From a virus, in the IMG/VR virus record IMGVR_UViG_3300031787_000065, positions 15,387 to 79,386 of that record: a DNA stretch of 64,000 nucleotides, one strand, 5' to 3'. Below the pieces are notes generated by a model, which saw only the letters and a program-made list of their open reading frames with translations, had not been told where the DNA came from and did not search any database. Positions 49,023 through 58,616 of this stretch are shown here, one piece after another. Each line of letters starts with the position of its first letter. The stretch's first letter is position 1. The translations under genes were made by a program, and so were the position numbers.

Positions 49023-50474
49023 TCACTTACGTAGGACGTTTTCTGTTAGCCACTCTGCTACACTAGCTCTTGTAGCCTCTAACTCATCATTTACATCAGA
49101 AGCGTCTACAAGAGTGGCTTCTGTTGATTCGACACCTTCAAAAAGTTCAGAAGTTGCTTCTGGAGTTGTTTCTACCACTTCCTGTTCGGAAGCGACAGTT
49201 GTTTCAGAAGCCATTTCCTTTTCTTTTTCTTTCATCATCTTGTCTTTCATAGCGCCCCACTTCTTTTTCATACCGGCGACTACAGCTTCAAAAGCTTCGT
49301 CACTTAGGGCGTCATAAAGAGAAACTGACTCTTCAGCTTCTGCGTCTTCAAAGCCAGCCATGACTAGCTTTTCTTTACGCATACGATCTTTTTCTTTCTT
49401 CTGCATATCTTTCATAGCGGTAGAAAGTTCAGAAAGCTCTTTGTCTTTGGCTGCAATAGCCTCTTCTAGAGATGCTACCTTTTCTTCAAAAGCCTTGATA
49501 GCTGTTTCTCTTTCAGCAAGACTAGACTCAAGTGTAGAAACCTTATCTGTAAATTCTTGTGTTACAGACTCAACTTCTGCCTTTGTTGTCTTGACTTGCT
49601 CTTGTGAAGAAGCTAACTCACCTTGTAGATCGGCTAGCTGCTTCTCTAAGTTAGTATCTGACATATTAATATCTCCTTTAGAAACGTTTGAAATACTATA
49701 CTCTTCTTTTTTAGCAGAGAAAGCTTTGCTAGAATCAAGAATAACACTTCTTGGATTAGCTGGCTTAGATACTAAACCCTTGCCAGAAAAAGAAATGTCT
49801 CTTAATGATCTACCAATTTTATAGCCTTCATACTCTCCTGTACCACCGTATGCTCGTAAGTGTTTTGTTAAAAATGCTGACTCTTCGCTACGTGTGATAA
49901 TTCTTGCATTGCCATTATTGTCTAATACTGAGTAGTCAAAGTTAGCAAACAAACATTCCATTGAAACAAACCACTTTCCTTCTTCTATCTCTGATATTAT
50001 CTTTTGCATACGCTCTCTATTATCTGGATTAGTCCAGCTATTATAGAGAACAGCTTCTGTAACAATATCAAATTCTAGTGGAGTTTCGTCAGAATCTTCT
50101 GCTAATATTCTTTGTCCCTGCCTATCAACTACATAACTACCAGTAATATGCCCAATGATATCATTTTCATTGTGCATGAAGTTAAATTGTTTGTCTTCTG
50201 GAGTAGCTCTAGCAGCCCAAGTTTCGTTTGGATCAAAAACGTCATCGTTTTTATTCCAACCCGTCGAAACTAAAATAGATTTAAGATAATATAAATCTAT
50301 CTGATTAGGATTACTAGAAGCTCTGATTTTTTGTATTGTTTGTCTTGACACATCCCAAGAGCTATCTTGATCAATATTGCTAACCAATATAGCAGGCGCA
50401 CAATAAGCAATGCTTGCTTGCGCCTTGATGCTCTCGGATAAACCGTCTAAAATTTCTTGTTTATATATATTCAT
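49023..50474 (-). CDS. Prohead protease fused to coiled-coil scaffold
   Basis: NxNxD, FNFMH..IIGH, VSMEC and GLVSKPANP protease motifs; acidic coiled-coil C-terminal half with possible internal start (AAGGAG before MSDTN). Start moved to ATG 50474. Confidence 0.8.
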   Translation of the reverse strand: MNIYKQEILDGLSESIKAQASIAYCAPAILVSNIDQDSSWDVSRQTIQKIRASSNPNQIDLYYLKSILVSTGWNKNDDVFDPNETWAARATPEDKQFNFMHNENDIIGHITGSYVVDRQGQRILAEDSDETPLEFDIVTEAVLYNSWTNPDNRERMQKIISEIEEGKWFVSMECLFANFDYSVLDNNGNARIITRSEESAFLTKHLRAYGGTGEYEGYKIGRSLRDISFSGKGLVSKPANPRSVILDSSKAFSAKKEEYSISNVSKGDINMSDTNLEKQLADLQGELASSQEQVKTTKAEVESVTQEFTDKVSTLESSLAERETAIKAFEEKVASLEEAIAAKDKELSELSTAMKDMQKKEKDRMRKEKLVMAGFEDAEAEESVSLYDALSDEAFEAVVAGMKKKWGAMKDKMMKEKEKEMASETTVASEQEVVETTPEATSELFEGVESTEATLVDASDVNDELEATRASVAEWLTENVLRK

Positions 50475-50500
50475 TATTGGTGTGTGCCTCTCAAAAATAA

Positions 50501-50508
50501 TATACACA
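50501..50508 (-). promoter_or_regulatory. Putative late promoter TGTGTATA
   Basis: 27 bp upstream of ATG 50474. Confidence 0.6.
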
Positions 50509-50524
50509 AAAAGAGATTTGCACG

Positions 50525-52615
50525 TTAAACAGAGACATTTTGCTCTATGTATAAGCCAACAATGTTTCTTCGATATTGCTCTATATTCATGGAATCAAAA
50601 TTAATATTATATTCTTTTAATAGAGACATAAATTCTTTCGGTGCAGACTTGTGTTGTTTTAATAAGTCTGTAACAGAAGCTTCGGTAACGTTTTCCATAA
50701 GCTCTACGTTGGTCAATACATCTATCTTAAGCTGTTCTAACTCATTGGCTTCTGCTTTTGTTAGCTGTCTTAAATTTTTCTTACTCTTACAATTAAGATA
50801 AGCATTATTTAATATATCTGAAATATTATCCCAAGCTGTCTCAGCCCAAACAACAAGCTCTGCAACGCCGGGTTTAGATCGTGGCTTGGCTATTCTTTGT
50901 TTACGTTGCTGTGAATCTTTTGATAATGGAGGTCTACCATTTGGATTAGCTGGCTTTGGTTGGCTTGGAGATGTTCCTACGGGCGCGGCTGGTGCTGGCT
51001 TTGGAATCAATATATCTTTTGGTACAGTTGTTTTGATGCCAACATCTTGTGGCAATACTTGATTAGTTTGAAGAGCAATCTTTTCTAGATTTTCTTTGTG
51101 CTGTGGATTATGATATGGGCCAGCCTTATTTGGAGTTTTATCCCCAGACCTTTCTTCAACTTCTCTTTGAAGTCTAATCTTTTCCACTTGTGGAATTTCC
51201 TTGAATCTAGATAGAAGTGTTTCGTGGCTAATAATATCTCTATCAGCTAATTGTATGAGCAAGTTCTTTTCGGCAGCTTCATCAGACAGGCTCATCTGGT
51301 CAAATTGAACATATGCCCTATTCCTAAAACCCATAGACCTTCTAACAAGCTCAATTTCTTTTTCCCAAAACTTAACTAATAGATCTCTTCCATACTGAAG
51401 TCGTTCTACGAGGGTCTTTAAGGATATGAAGTTATTGGTAAATCCACCGCCGTTAGTAGCCATACCAGTTAAGGTTGGTGGAACGCCAAGTCCAGCGTAT
51501 ATACTATTTAATACTGCGGTATATTTCTCAGAACCAAGGAACTTATAAACTTCACTACTAGACTCTTTAAATGTTAACTCTGGACCCCAAACAAGTTCCA
51601 TTGTTCCGCCGCCGACATTACTGGCTAGTATATCTCTTAGTTTATTAATAGCTGGCTTATTTGGTAAAATCTTATGCTCAAGACTGCCGAGCGTCCACAA
51701 TCTGATATTAGATATGGCACCGTCAAGAGCGGACAAGTCTGCTAGTCTCATTTTTTCAAGCATGATTATATCGTCTAGTATTGCATAAATCATGGGATTT
51801 GCCCATAATTGCCAATCATCCTTTTTGTAATGAAAAACGCTTAGCCTATCAACATCTAATGGAACCTTTTTCTGGCCGCTCTTAAGAGCTTGTTTTATGT
51901 TTTCTGGTAAAGTGTTTATAACATCGCTTTGAACATCACCGTCTACAAATCTATCAAAAAACGTTCCCAAATTAACTACGTAAGAAGATTTCCCAAGAAA
52001 TAGAGAGAGGGCACCATCTTTATGCTCTACATTGAGAGGATTAAAAAAGTTATATCTCCAAGGAATTTCTCGCGTAGTCATTTTGGGAATTTCTACTTTA
52101 ATATCTGATGCGAGCGACTTCATATATTGCTCTATTTGGGGAGTAATCTTAGCATAGCTTCTATATGTGATTACGTTCCCAGTTTTATAGAGATTGTTTA
52201 AGAAGCGTTCTGATCTTTCTTTACCATTAACACTCTTAAACCACTGCTGATAAAATCTCTCAACGCTTTTATTTTGGTGGACTATCTGTATACCTTGGCA
52301 ACCAAAGTCGCCCATCAAATCTATAATATTTCTAATAATGCCAACTTTATCGTAAGCGTCCATGCACATTTTAATGGCTTTACGCTGCTGAGATGGAACA
52401 GCCTCGTTTGGTCTAAAAGCATAATAATCTTGATGAGAAAATCCTGGTCTAACTGAGCGATTTGGTTCAATATCTGTGAAGTTTCTATATGTGCTGCCTT
52501 GGGTTTTAGCAAAGCCGCCATAAGCATCAACATTATCAGAAAATTGAGACATGGCTTGAGATTTACTTGTGGGATTATCGTCTGACCACATTACCATTTC
52601 ACTATTATCGCTCAT
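50525..52615 (-). CDS. Portal protein
   Basis: Follows TerL; IYAGLGVPP motif; Pro-rich C-terminal extension. Confidence 0.8.
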   Translation of the reverse strand: MSDNSEMVMWSDDNPTSKSQAMSQFSDNVDAYGGFAKTQGSTYRNFTDIEPNRSVRPGFSHQDYYAFRPNEAVPSQQRKAIKMCMDAYDKVGIIRNIIDLMGDFGCQGIQIVHQNKSVERFYQQWFKSVNGKERSERFLNNLYKTGNVITYRSYAKITPQIEQYMKSLASDIKVEIPKMTTREIPWRYNFFNPLNVEHKDGALSLFLGKSSYVVNLGTFFDRFVDGDVQSDVINTLPENIKQALKSGQKKVPLDVDRLSVFHYKKDDWQLWANPMIYAILDDIIMLEKMRLADLSALDGAISNIRLWTLGSLEHKILPNKPAINKLRDILASNVGGGTMELVWGPELTFKESSSEVYKFLGSEKYTAVLNSIYAGLGVPPTLTGMATNGGGFTNNFISLKTLVERLQYGRDLLVKFWEKEIELVRRSMGFRNRAYVQFDQMSLSDEAAEKNLLIQLADRDIISHETLLSRFKEIPQVEKIRLQREVEERSGDKTPNKAGPYHNPQHKENLEKIALQTNQVLPQDVGIKTTVPKDILIPKPAPAAPVGTSPSQPKPANPNGRPPLSKDSQQRKQRIAKPRSKPGVAELVVWAETAWDNISDILNNAYLNCKSKKNLRQLTKAEANELEQLKIDVLTNVELMENVTEASVTDLLKQHKSAPKEFMSLLKEYNINFDSMNIEQYRRNIVGLYIEQNVSV

Positions 52616-52652
52616 GATTACCTCAATTGGATTGTAATTGGATTACCAATAA

Positions 52653-54638
52653 TTAATACACATCTTTCATTTGTTCTACAAACCAGCTTGGTCCAGTATA
52701 GAGTTTTTCAGAAGGATTTTTCTGAGCATGTCCACCGGTAGCAAAACCTCCATAAAACTGATATGCTTCTTGGGTTGGTGTGCGCTGTAGAACTCTAGCC
52801 GCCATATTTGCCATCAATAAAGCAGAATATCTATCTTTTCTCATTTTGCTCTTTTTGCCAGTACCAACTATAACTTCTGGCGTGTCCCACCTGTCTCTTC
52901 CGCTATTAGTTTGAGTCATCTGAATCATAGATAACTCATCTTTTAATTCTTCTATTTCTAGAACGCATTCTTCTAGCGTGTCAAACATTCTATTTTTTAT
53001 AGAGTCTTCAGCGTTAGATAGGCTTAATGATATTGTATCAAAATATGGGAACAATAACACCTTGTCTTCAAAATCTTTCCTCATTCCGTGATTAGCTTCT
53101 GCCAGCCAATCGTGTCTAGCGAACTGGCAGGGTTCTATAATGTGTAAACCTCGCTCTCCATCAGTATCTTTTGGTTTATCATCTTCTATAACTGGCCAGA
53201 TTGGTAGCTCTCCCTCTCTGATCTTGTCTTGATCGTGTAGAGACTCTATAACAGCTATGCCACCACCTTGAGCGTCTATTGAAATATGAATACATGGATA
53301 CAGAACCATCAAATCTCTTATTTTTCTAGCGCAATAAGAATAAAAATCTGTTTCGTTTGAGTAACCCTTTTTAACAAGTTCTTTATGTTCTGATCTTGTT
53401 GTTGTCCAGCAGTGAACAATTCTTCTATGATCTGAATTAACTTCTAGTACAATTATGCTAAAATTGTCTACTTCTGAGGCTGGGTCAACTCCAAAGATAT
53501 ATCTTTTATTTGGATCTCCCATTAAAGAAGCCTCAAAGTGTATATCATTTCCCTTAGTATCTTTAATTGAAGAGTCTTTTGTTATCACGCAAGATTCTAT
53601 AAGCGATCTCTTAAAAAAGCCTTGAGAATCTCTTGTGAAACAAGCTCCATATTCCATTTGGTAAATACCCGCATGAACGGTGGCCTTAGATCTGGCAACT
53701 TGGTCTGCGTCCATGAATCCGGGTGGAAGTAATTCATATGGCATTCTTATAATAGAATATTGTCTCCAATCAAAATTCTCGGGCGGATCTTCTCCGTTAA
53801 AAACATCTCTTAATTTAGACTGAACTCCTCTACTCTTTATAATAGACTGCCACTTTTTCCAGTATGTAGCAAAGTGATTAAAGTCATAATAAGCAGTTCC
53901 AGACAAGATAATCTGATTATCCTTTTGGTCTTTTGGGGTTTCTTCTGCTATAATTTCTACTCCCAGCTCTTTAGCTTTACTTTGTGCTGCTAATCTTTTT
54001 ACATTTTCAACCGGATCAGCACTGACCGCAGCGAAGCCAGCTACAACGTTCTCAAAAATATCTCTAGGAATAGATGCGAATTCGTCAGCAATAATATCGT
54101 TGGCTCTTTGACCTCTAATTTTCTGACCATCACCAAGTGGTAAACATGTAATTATGCTATCATTAATACGCATAACACATCTATCAGTATCTCTACGGGG
54201 ACCACTATCTGCATCACACATATCTCTTAACATTGGAGAATTTCTCCAAATTGTTTCCATATATTCAAAAACTACCTTAGACTGCCTAAACGCTGCGCCA
54301 ACAATAACAATTTTTCTACGAGGAAGCATTAATGCTCTAAGCATAGAATATACAGACAATTTGAATGATTTACCAAATCCTCGACTAGCAATAAGCATTG
54401 GAAATTTTCTTTCCCATAGCTCTTTTATAATTAAGCTCTGGGACGGAAGCAATTGTATATTTAGAATATGGTTAGCAAAAAAAGAAAGGTAGTCTGGCCT
54501 ACTCATTAACCAAGAAAGCTTAAGATGAAAGTCATCATCGGAAGACTTTAATATAGACATTGGATTAAATAGGTCTGTCTCTATTGTCTCTAGACCTAAC
54601 CAAGCCTCGTCTATAATCTTTAGCTTAGATTTACTCAT
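52653..54638 (-). CDS. terL: Terminase large subunit
   Basis: Walker A ASRGFGKS, RGQRA, Walker B IIADEF, LSGT, RNase H-like FGVDPA and KDRYSA. Confidence 0.92.
   Translation of the reverse strand: MSKSKLKIIDEAWLGLETIETDLFNPMSILKSSDDDFHLKLSWLMSRPDYLSFFANHILNIQLLPSQSLIIKELWERKFPMLIASRGFGKSFKLSVYSMLRALMLPRRKIVIVGAAFRQSKVVFEYMETIWRNSPMLRDMCDADSGPRRDTDRCVMRINDSIITCLPLGDGQKIRGQRANDIIADEFASIPRDIFENVVAGFAAVSADPVENVKRLAAQSKAKELGVEIIAEETPKDQKDNQIILSGTAYYDFNHFATYWKKWQSIIKSRGVQSKLRDVFNGEDPPENFDWRQYSIIRMPYELLPPGFMDADQVARSKATVHAGIYQMEYGACFTRDSQGFFKRSLIESCVITKDSSIKDTKGNDIHFEASLMGDPNKRYIFGVDPASEVDNFSIIVLEVNSDHRRIVHCWTTTRSEHKELVKKGYSNETDFYSYCARKIRDLMVLYPCIHISIDAQGGGIAVIESLHDQDKIREGELPIWPVIEDDKPKDTDGERGLHIIEPCQFARHDWLAEANHGMRKDFEDKVLLFPYFDTISLSLSNAEDSIKNRMFDTLEECVLEIEELKDELSMIQMTQTNSGRDRWDTPEVIVGTGKKSKMRKDRYSALLMANMAARVLQRTPTQEAYQFYGGFATGGHAQKNPSEKLYTGPSWFVEQMKDVY
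52655..52662 (-). promoter_or_regulatory. Putative late promoter TGTGTATT overlapping the TerL stop
   Basis: 40 bp upstream of the portal ATG. Confidence 0.5.
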
Positions 54639-55279
54639 GCAAGTGGGTGCCAGCTAGTTATAATTTTATCAGCAAATCCATAGTAAATAGCCTCATCTGA
54701 ATGCATATACCAATCGCCAGACTTAAACTTTCTAATCAAGAATTGCTTAACCTGTTTTTCGCTCGGTTTTTTGCCAAACTTTTCATAAAAGAATGACCCA
54801 TTAACACATCTTTTAGCGTAGATATTAAACATAACATCGCACATTTTCTTTTCATAATCAGCGTAATTCATGGCACTAAGATAATCCATATTGATATTGC
54901 TGGACCCAAAATGGCACATAAAGTGCGTATTGGGCGTTAGAAGTCTATAATCAGCAGCTTGCAATATAATGCTACTCATTGAAGAGGCTTGCCCGTAAGC
55001 AATAATGGTAACATAAGATCTACACATAGTAATTGCGTCATATATAGCCATGCCGTCATCCCATTCACCACCTATACTCTGCATATGTATAATAATGGGC
55101 TGATCTGATCTGGTGTCTAATGCTCTGAGATTTTTGAGAAAAGTATTGGACATTCTATATTCAACACCGGGATTAGAATTGTCCTCTGTGTGATAATGAT
55201 TATGTAAAAATATTTCTCTGGATGCTATGTTAGCGCCATAGTCATGAAAATCTTTTAATAGTTCTGGTTCAGCCATCAT
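54635..55279 (-). CDS. clpP: ClpP-like serine protease
   Basis: QSIGGE..AIYD, GQASSM (Ser), FMCH (His), DWYM..EAIYYGFADKI. Confidence 0.8.
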   Translation of the reverse strand: MMAEPELLKDFHDYGANIASREIFLHNHYHTEDNSNPGVEYRMSNTFLKNLRALDTRSDQPIIIHMQSIGGEWDDGMAIYDAITMCRSYVTIIAYGQASSMSSIILQAADYRLLTPNTHFMCHFGSSNINMDYLSAMNYADYEKKMCDVMFNIYAKRCVNGSFFYEKFGKKPSEKQVKQFLIRKFKSGDWYMHSDEAIYYGFADKIITSWHPLA

Positions 55280-55776
55280 TCTTTTCTCCCTATGGTGTAC
55301 ATTTCGTTGATTCTTTTAAAGATGCTACTAACCGCTAAGAACGCATTATATTTATCCCCACAGAACAGTACATTGATATTATTATAAATTTGAAACTCTA
55401 TTAGACACTTCAACATGTACTTTCCAGTTATCTTTACTGAAGCCTTGTTCTTAATTGGAATACGTGTTTCGGCTGGGAATTTAACCAAGTCTTCTAATGA
55501 AAATTCTAAAACTATAAATCTATGCGGAAAAGATGCCATTCTTTCTATCTCGTCAAGAAATGTATATTTTTTTTGACCTAGATTTACAGCCAATTCTTCT
55601 ACACACCCCTTGCGCTCTATGCACACCTTGTCTTCTAATCCCTGTATGGTATAATCTCCAGTATCAAGCTTACGCTCTACCATTCCGGCGCACGTATTAA
55701 ATGCGCTAAAAAAGTATCCATCTTGCTCTCTTGTGTCTTTAATAACTGTAAAATGTGGAGCTTGTTTATAGGCCAT
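55276..55776 (-). CDS. ERCC4/XPF-family nuclease
   Basis: DTREQ, LDTGDY and IERK motifs. Confidence 0.85.
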   Translation of the reverse strand: MAYKQAPHFTVIKDTREQDGYFFSAFNTCAGMVERKLDTGDYTIQGLEDKVCIERKGCVEELAVNLGQKKYTFLDEIERMASFPHRFIVLEFSLEDLVKFPAETRIPIKNKASVKITGKYMLKCLIEFQIYNNINVLFCGDKYNAFLAVSSIFKRINEMYTIGRKE

Positions 55777-56026
55777 TTATAATCTCCATAAATAAAGTTT
55801 CATAGTGGTGTTCTTTTCCCTTTATGGATTTGTGGCAATTTGGACATAAACTAATCCCATTAGATATTTCATATCTCAATGAAGAGGCGGTAGACCACTT
55901 TCTAATATGGTGTACCTGTAGTTTTCTGTTGTATCCACATCCTGGCATCATACACCTATTCCCATCTCTTTTAATAACAGCTTTTCTAAAAGCCGTATAA
56001 GCTGGATCATCATAGTTTCTTTTCAT
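55766..56026 (-). CDS. HNH endonuclease (packaging-associated type)
   Basis: RD..CMMPGC..VHHI..NGISLCPNCH. Confidence 0.85.
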   Translation of the reverse strand: MKRNYDDPAYTAFRKAVIKRDGNRCMMPGCGYNRKLQVHHIRKWSTASSLRYEISNGISLCPNCHKSIKGKEHHYETLFMEIINGL

Positions 56027-56271
56027 AGAAGCTCTATTTTATCTATTCTACATTCTCTTTTAAGTTTTCTACACAGAATTCTCATGCTAATGGAGGGGTT
56101 TTGGTCCATGATCATTTTTATTAATTGATCAAAAGCAAGCCTACAGACCTCGTCTGGATCATTAGCTGATATAAAAATGGTAGGAAATGGTGAATTATAA
56201 GCCCTTAATATTAAATGTTTGATTTTGTCAAACACTCTAGATATGTCTAGCGTTACACGGTAGTTTTTCAT
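56023..56271 (-). CDS. Hypothetical protein
   Basis: Overlaps both neighbours within the operon. Confidence 0.6.
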   Translation of the reverse strand: MKNYRVTLDISRVFDKIKHLILRAYNSPFPTIFISANDPDEVCRLAFDQLIKMIMDQNPSISMRILCRKLKRECRIDKIELL

Positions 56272-57325
56272 TTAACCTATCACTTATCATTAATGATACT
56301 AAATCTGGTAAGTCATATTTTGGGATCCATCCAAGCTTTTCGTTAGCTTTTGAGCAATCTCCACGTAAATAATCTACTTCTGCTGGTCTGTAAAACTCCT
56401 TATCTACTACTACGAGATTAGACCAAGTATTTATGCCAATACGATGAAATGCTAAGTCTAAAAAGTCTCGTACTTTATAAGTTTTGCCAGTACAAATAAC
56501 ATAATCGTCTGGGATTTCTTGTTGAAGCATAAGCCACATAGCTTCAACGTAATCTCCAGCATATCCCCAATCTCTAAAGGAGTCTAAATTTCCTAATCTT
56601 AATTTGGGAATGTTTTCACCAAGCACTCTGCCGTATATATAATCTGTATCGTAGTTTAGATCTTTTAGTTCAAGCTTATTGCTCAAAAGCCAATAGTGAA
56701 AATCTACAATCCAATTTGTTATTTTCTTAGTTACAAAGTTATCTCCTCTGCGCGGTCCTTCATGATTAAAAAGTATTCCGGCACTAGCATGAAGACTATA
56801 CGCTTCTCTAAAGAGTCTTACTGCATAATGAGCGGCGCATTTAGCTATAGCATATGGAGATTGTGGTAAAAACTTAGTATTTTCATTCTGAAATTTTGTG
56901 CCATCTGGGCCAATATCGTAAGAATCACCAAACATTTCGCTGGAAGAAGCTTGGTAGAATCTAGACTGAAACATATTTAGATCTACTATTGTCTGTAGAA
57001 TATTAATACAGCCTTTACCGGTAATATCCCAGGTAATAGCTGGTTGTTTGAATGATGTTCCTACATGAGACTGCGCTGCCAAGTTATAGATTTCATCTAC
57101 ATCGACGTTACTCCGAAGTAGATTAGAGACACTATAAGAATCGGTAATATCCCCCTCAACAAGCTTGAAGCGATCATTAGAAAGTAAATGTTTTATTCTT
57201 TGAGTTGTATCAACGCTAGATCGTCGCATTACCCCAACTACCTTGCTATACTCTTTTGATAATAGAAGGTCTGCTAAGTGGCTTCCATCTTGTCCCGTTA
57301 CTCCAAAAATAATCGCAGTTTTCAT
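56237..57325 (-). CDS. gmd: GDP-mannose 4,6-dehydratase
   Basis: GVTGQDGS, YNLAAQSHV, QASSSE, YAIAK, FNHE, LGNLD..RDWG, RPAEVD. Confidence 0.95.
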   Translation of the reverse strand: MKTAIIFGVTGQDGSHLADLLLSKEYSKVVGVMRRSSVDTTQRIKHLLSNDRFKLVEGDITDSYSVSNLLRSNVDVDEIYNLAAQSHVGTSFKQPAITWDITGKGCINILQTIVDLNMFQSRFYQASSSEMFGDSYDIGPDGTKFQNENTKFLPQSPYAIAKCAAHYAVRLFREAYSLHASAGILFNHEGPRRGDNFVTKKITNWIVDFHYWLLSNKLELKDLNYDTDYIYGRVLGENIPKLRLGNLDSFRDWGYAGDYVEAMWLMLQQEIPDDYVICTGKTYKVRDFLDLAFHRIGINTWSNLVVVDKEFYRPAEVDYLRGDCSKANEKLGWIPKYDLPDLVSLMISDRLNEKLPCNARHI

Positions 57326-57337
57326 GTGTTCTCCTAA

Positions 57338-58123
57338 TTAGTCTTTAATTGTATCTGGTGTTAAGAATGGTTGATCAATTATCCCGTCTTCATATTTATG
57401 GAACGCGCTTAAGCGTTCCTTTTCTTTCAACATCGCCAGTCTCATTTTCTCCATCTCTATACCGTAACGTTTCATCTTCTCTGGATCTTGTATTAAGCTA
57501 GCTATCCAAGAAGTAAAGCTTTGTTTACTATCTTCTAGTCGTTTAATTCTCTGCTCTCTAGTGCCCTTCATTTCTCTTAACATCGCCGCCTTCTTTGTTT
57601 GTAGCTCACGATAATCGCGGTTAAGACTTTCTTGACTAGCCCGTAGAGCCGCCATCTGTCTCTCAAGGTTCATAAGATAATCTTGATCTCGCTGATCTTT
57701 TTCTAAAGCGCGCTCGTCACGAATAAGTTTTTCAAGCAGGCTCATTTCATTAAGATTATCCTTATTACTCTTTAAGCACCTATTCATGAGTATTTCTAAC
57801 TTAATAACATCTACTACCTGTAGTTCTTCAGTAGGAAAAACATCATCTTTGAACTGTGCGATAATTCTAGTCCAGTGATATTTAAATAGTTCCAACTCTT
57901 CAGAGGTAAACTGATTTTCTAGCTCTATCCAATAGGGGCGATCTTCTAATTCAAAAGCCGCCTCTTCTTCCAGAGATAGTCCGCGCTTAAGCTTACGCTT
58001 TACAAAGGAGTCTATAGACTCAACATCTCTGTCGAGCTTTTTTGCTATATCGTCTACGGTGAGATTATCTATATTATTAGATATAAACCTAATCTCTTCT
58101 TTAGATAGTCTACCCTTCTTCAT
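57338..58123 (-). CDS. HTH plus coiled-coil protein, candidate terminase small subunit
   Basis: N-terminal LSKEE..DDIAKKLDR HTH and long helical oligomerisation region, upstream of TerL. Confidence 0.4.
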   Translation of the reverse strand: MKKGRLSKEEIRFISNNIDNLTVDDIAKKLDRDVESIDSFVKRKLKRGLSLEEEAAFELEDRPYWIELENQFTSEELELFKYHWTRIIAQFKDDVFPTEELQVVDVIKLEILMNRCLKSNKDNLNEMSLLEKLIRDERALEKDQRDQDYLMNLERQMAALRASQESLNRDYRELQTKKAAMLREMKGTREQRIKRLEDSKQSFTSWIASLIQDPEKMKRYGIEMEKMRLAMLKEKERLSAFHKYEDGIIDQPFLTPDTIKD

Positions 58124-58616
58124 CCATGTACCTTTCTACTAATTCCTTTATAAGCTCTATTACTTCTTCTCTTCTCTTTTTAGGAACATATACATCATTA
58201 ATTAGTTTAAGATAGTCGGCGCGATAACTAGGTGGTAAGTGTTTGTCTAAAATCTTTTGTATTTGTTTAGCGTCTATGTTGATATCGTGGTTATCTGAGT
58301 GCCTATTTACCGGCATGTACTCTTCTGATGACAAACTCTTAGGCTTAAGCACCTTTTTCTTTTCTTCTTCGTCTTTTGTAAAATAATTGTCTCTAATAAA
58401 ATTCTTTAAGCGATTAGATAAGTGTACTGATAGGAAGTTTTCTAAGGGCCGCTTATTGTCATATCTATCAAGCGCATCCATGCATATAATAAAAGCCTCT
58501 TGTTTTATATCATCAACCTCATATCCATAAAACGTATATTTAGATGCTATTCTATTGACTACGGTATTGATTTGATGAACCACCTCTTGTTCTGTCATAT
58601 TCTTGGGTATTTTCAT
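58110..58616 (-). CDS. Short sigma70-family (region 2) factor, candidate late sigma
   Basis: DDIKQEAFIICMDALDRYD..LENFLSVHLSNRLKNFIRD region-2 pattern; no clear region-4 HTH. Confidence 0.7.
   Translation of the reverse strand: MKIPKNMTEQEVVHQINTVVNRIASKYTFYGYEVDDIKQEAFIICMDALDRYDNKRPLENFLSVHLSNRLKNFIRDNYFTKDEEEKKKVLKPKSLSSEEYMPVNRHSDNHDINIDAKQIQKILDKHLPPSYRADYLKLINDVYVPKKRREEVIELIKELVERYMDEEG

Noticed and set aside
4951-54492. Many short + strand ORFs within the late arm (e.g. 33083-33469, 44254-44565, 49360-49824, 54154-54492)
   Set aside because: They are antisense shadows of long, motif-supported - strand genes and lack RBSs.
52653-54638. Intein or intron in TerL
   Set aside because: The ORF is continuous, with ATPase and nuclease motifs in normal order and no C..HN intein signature seen.
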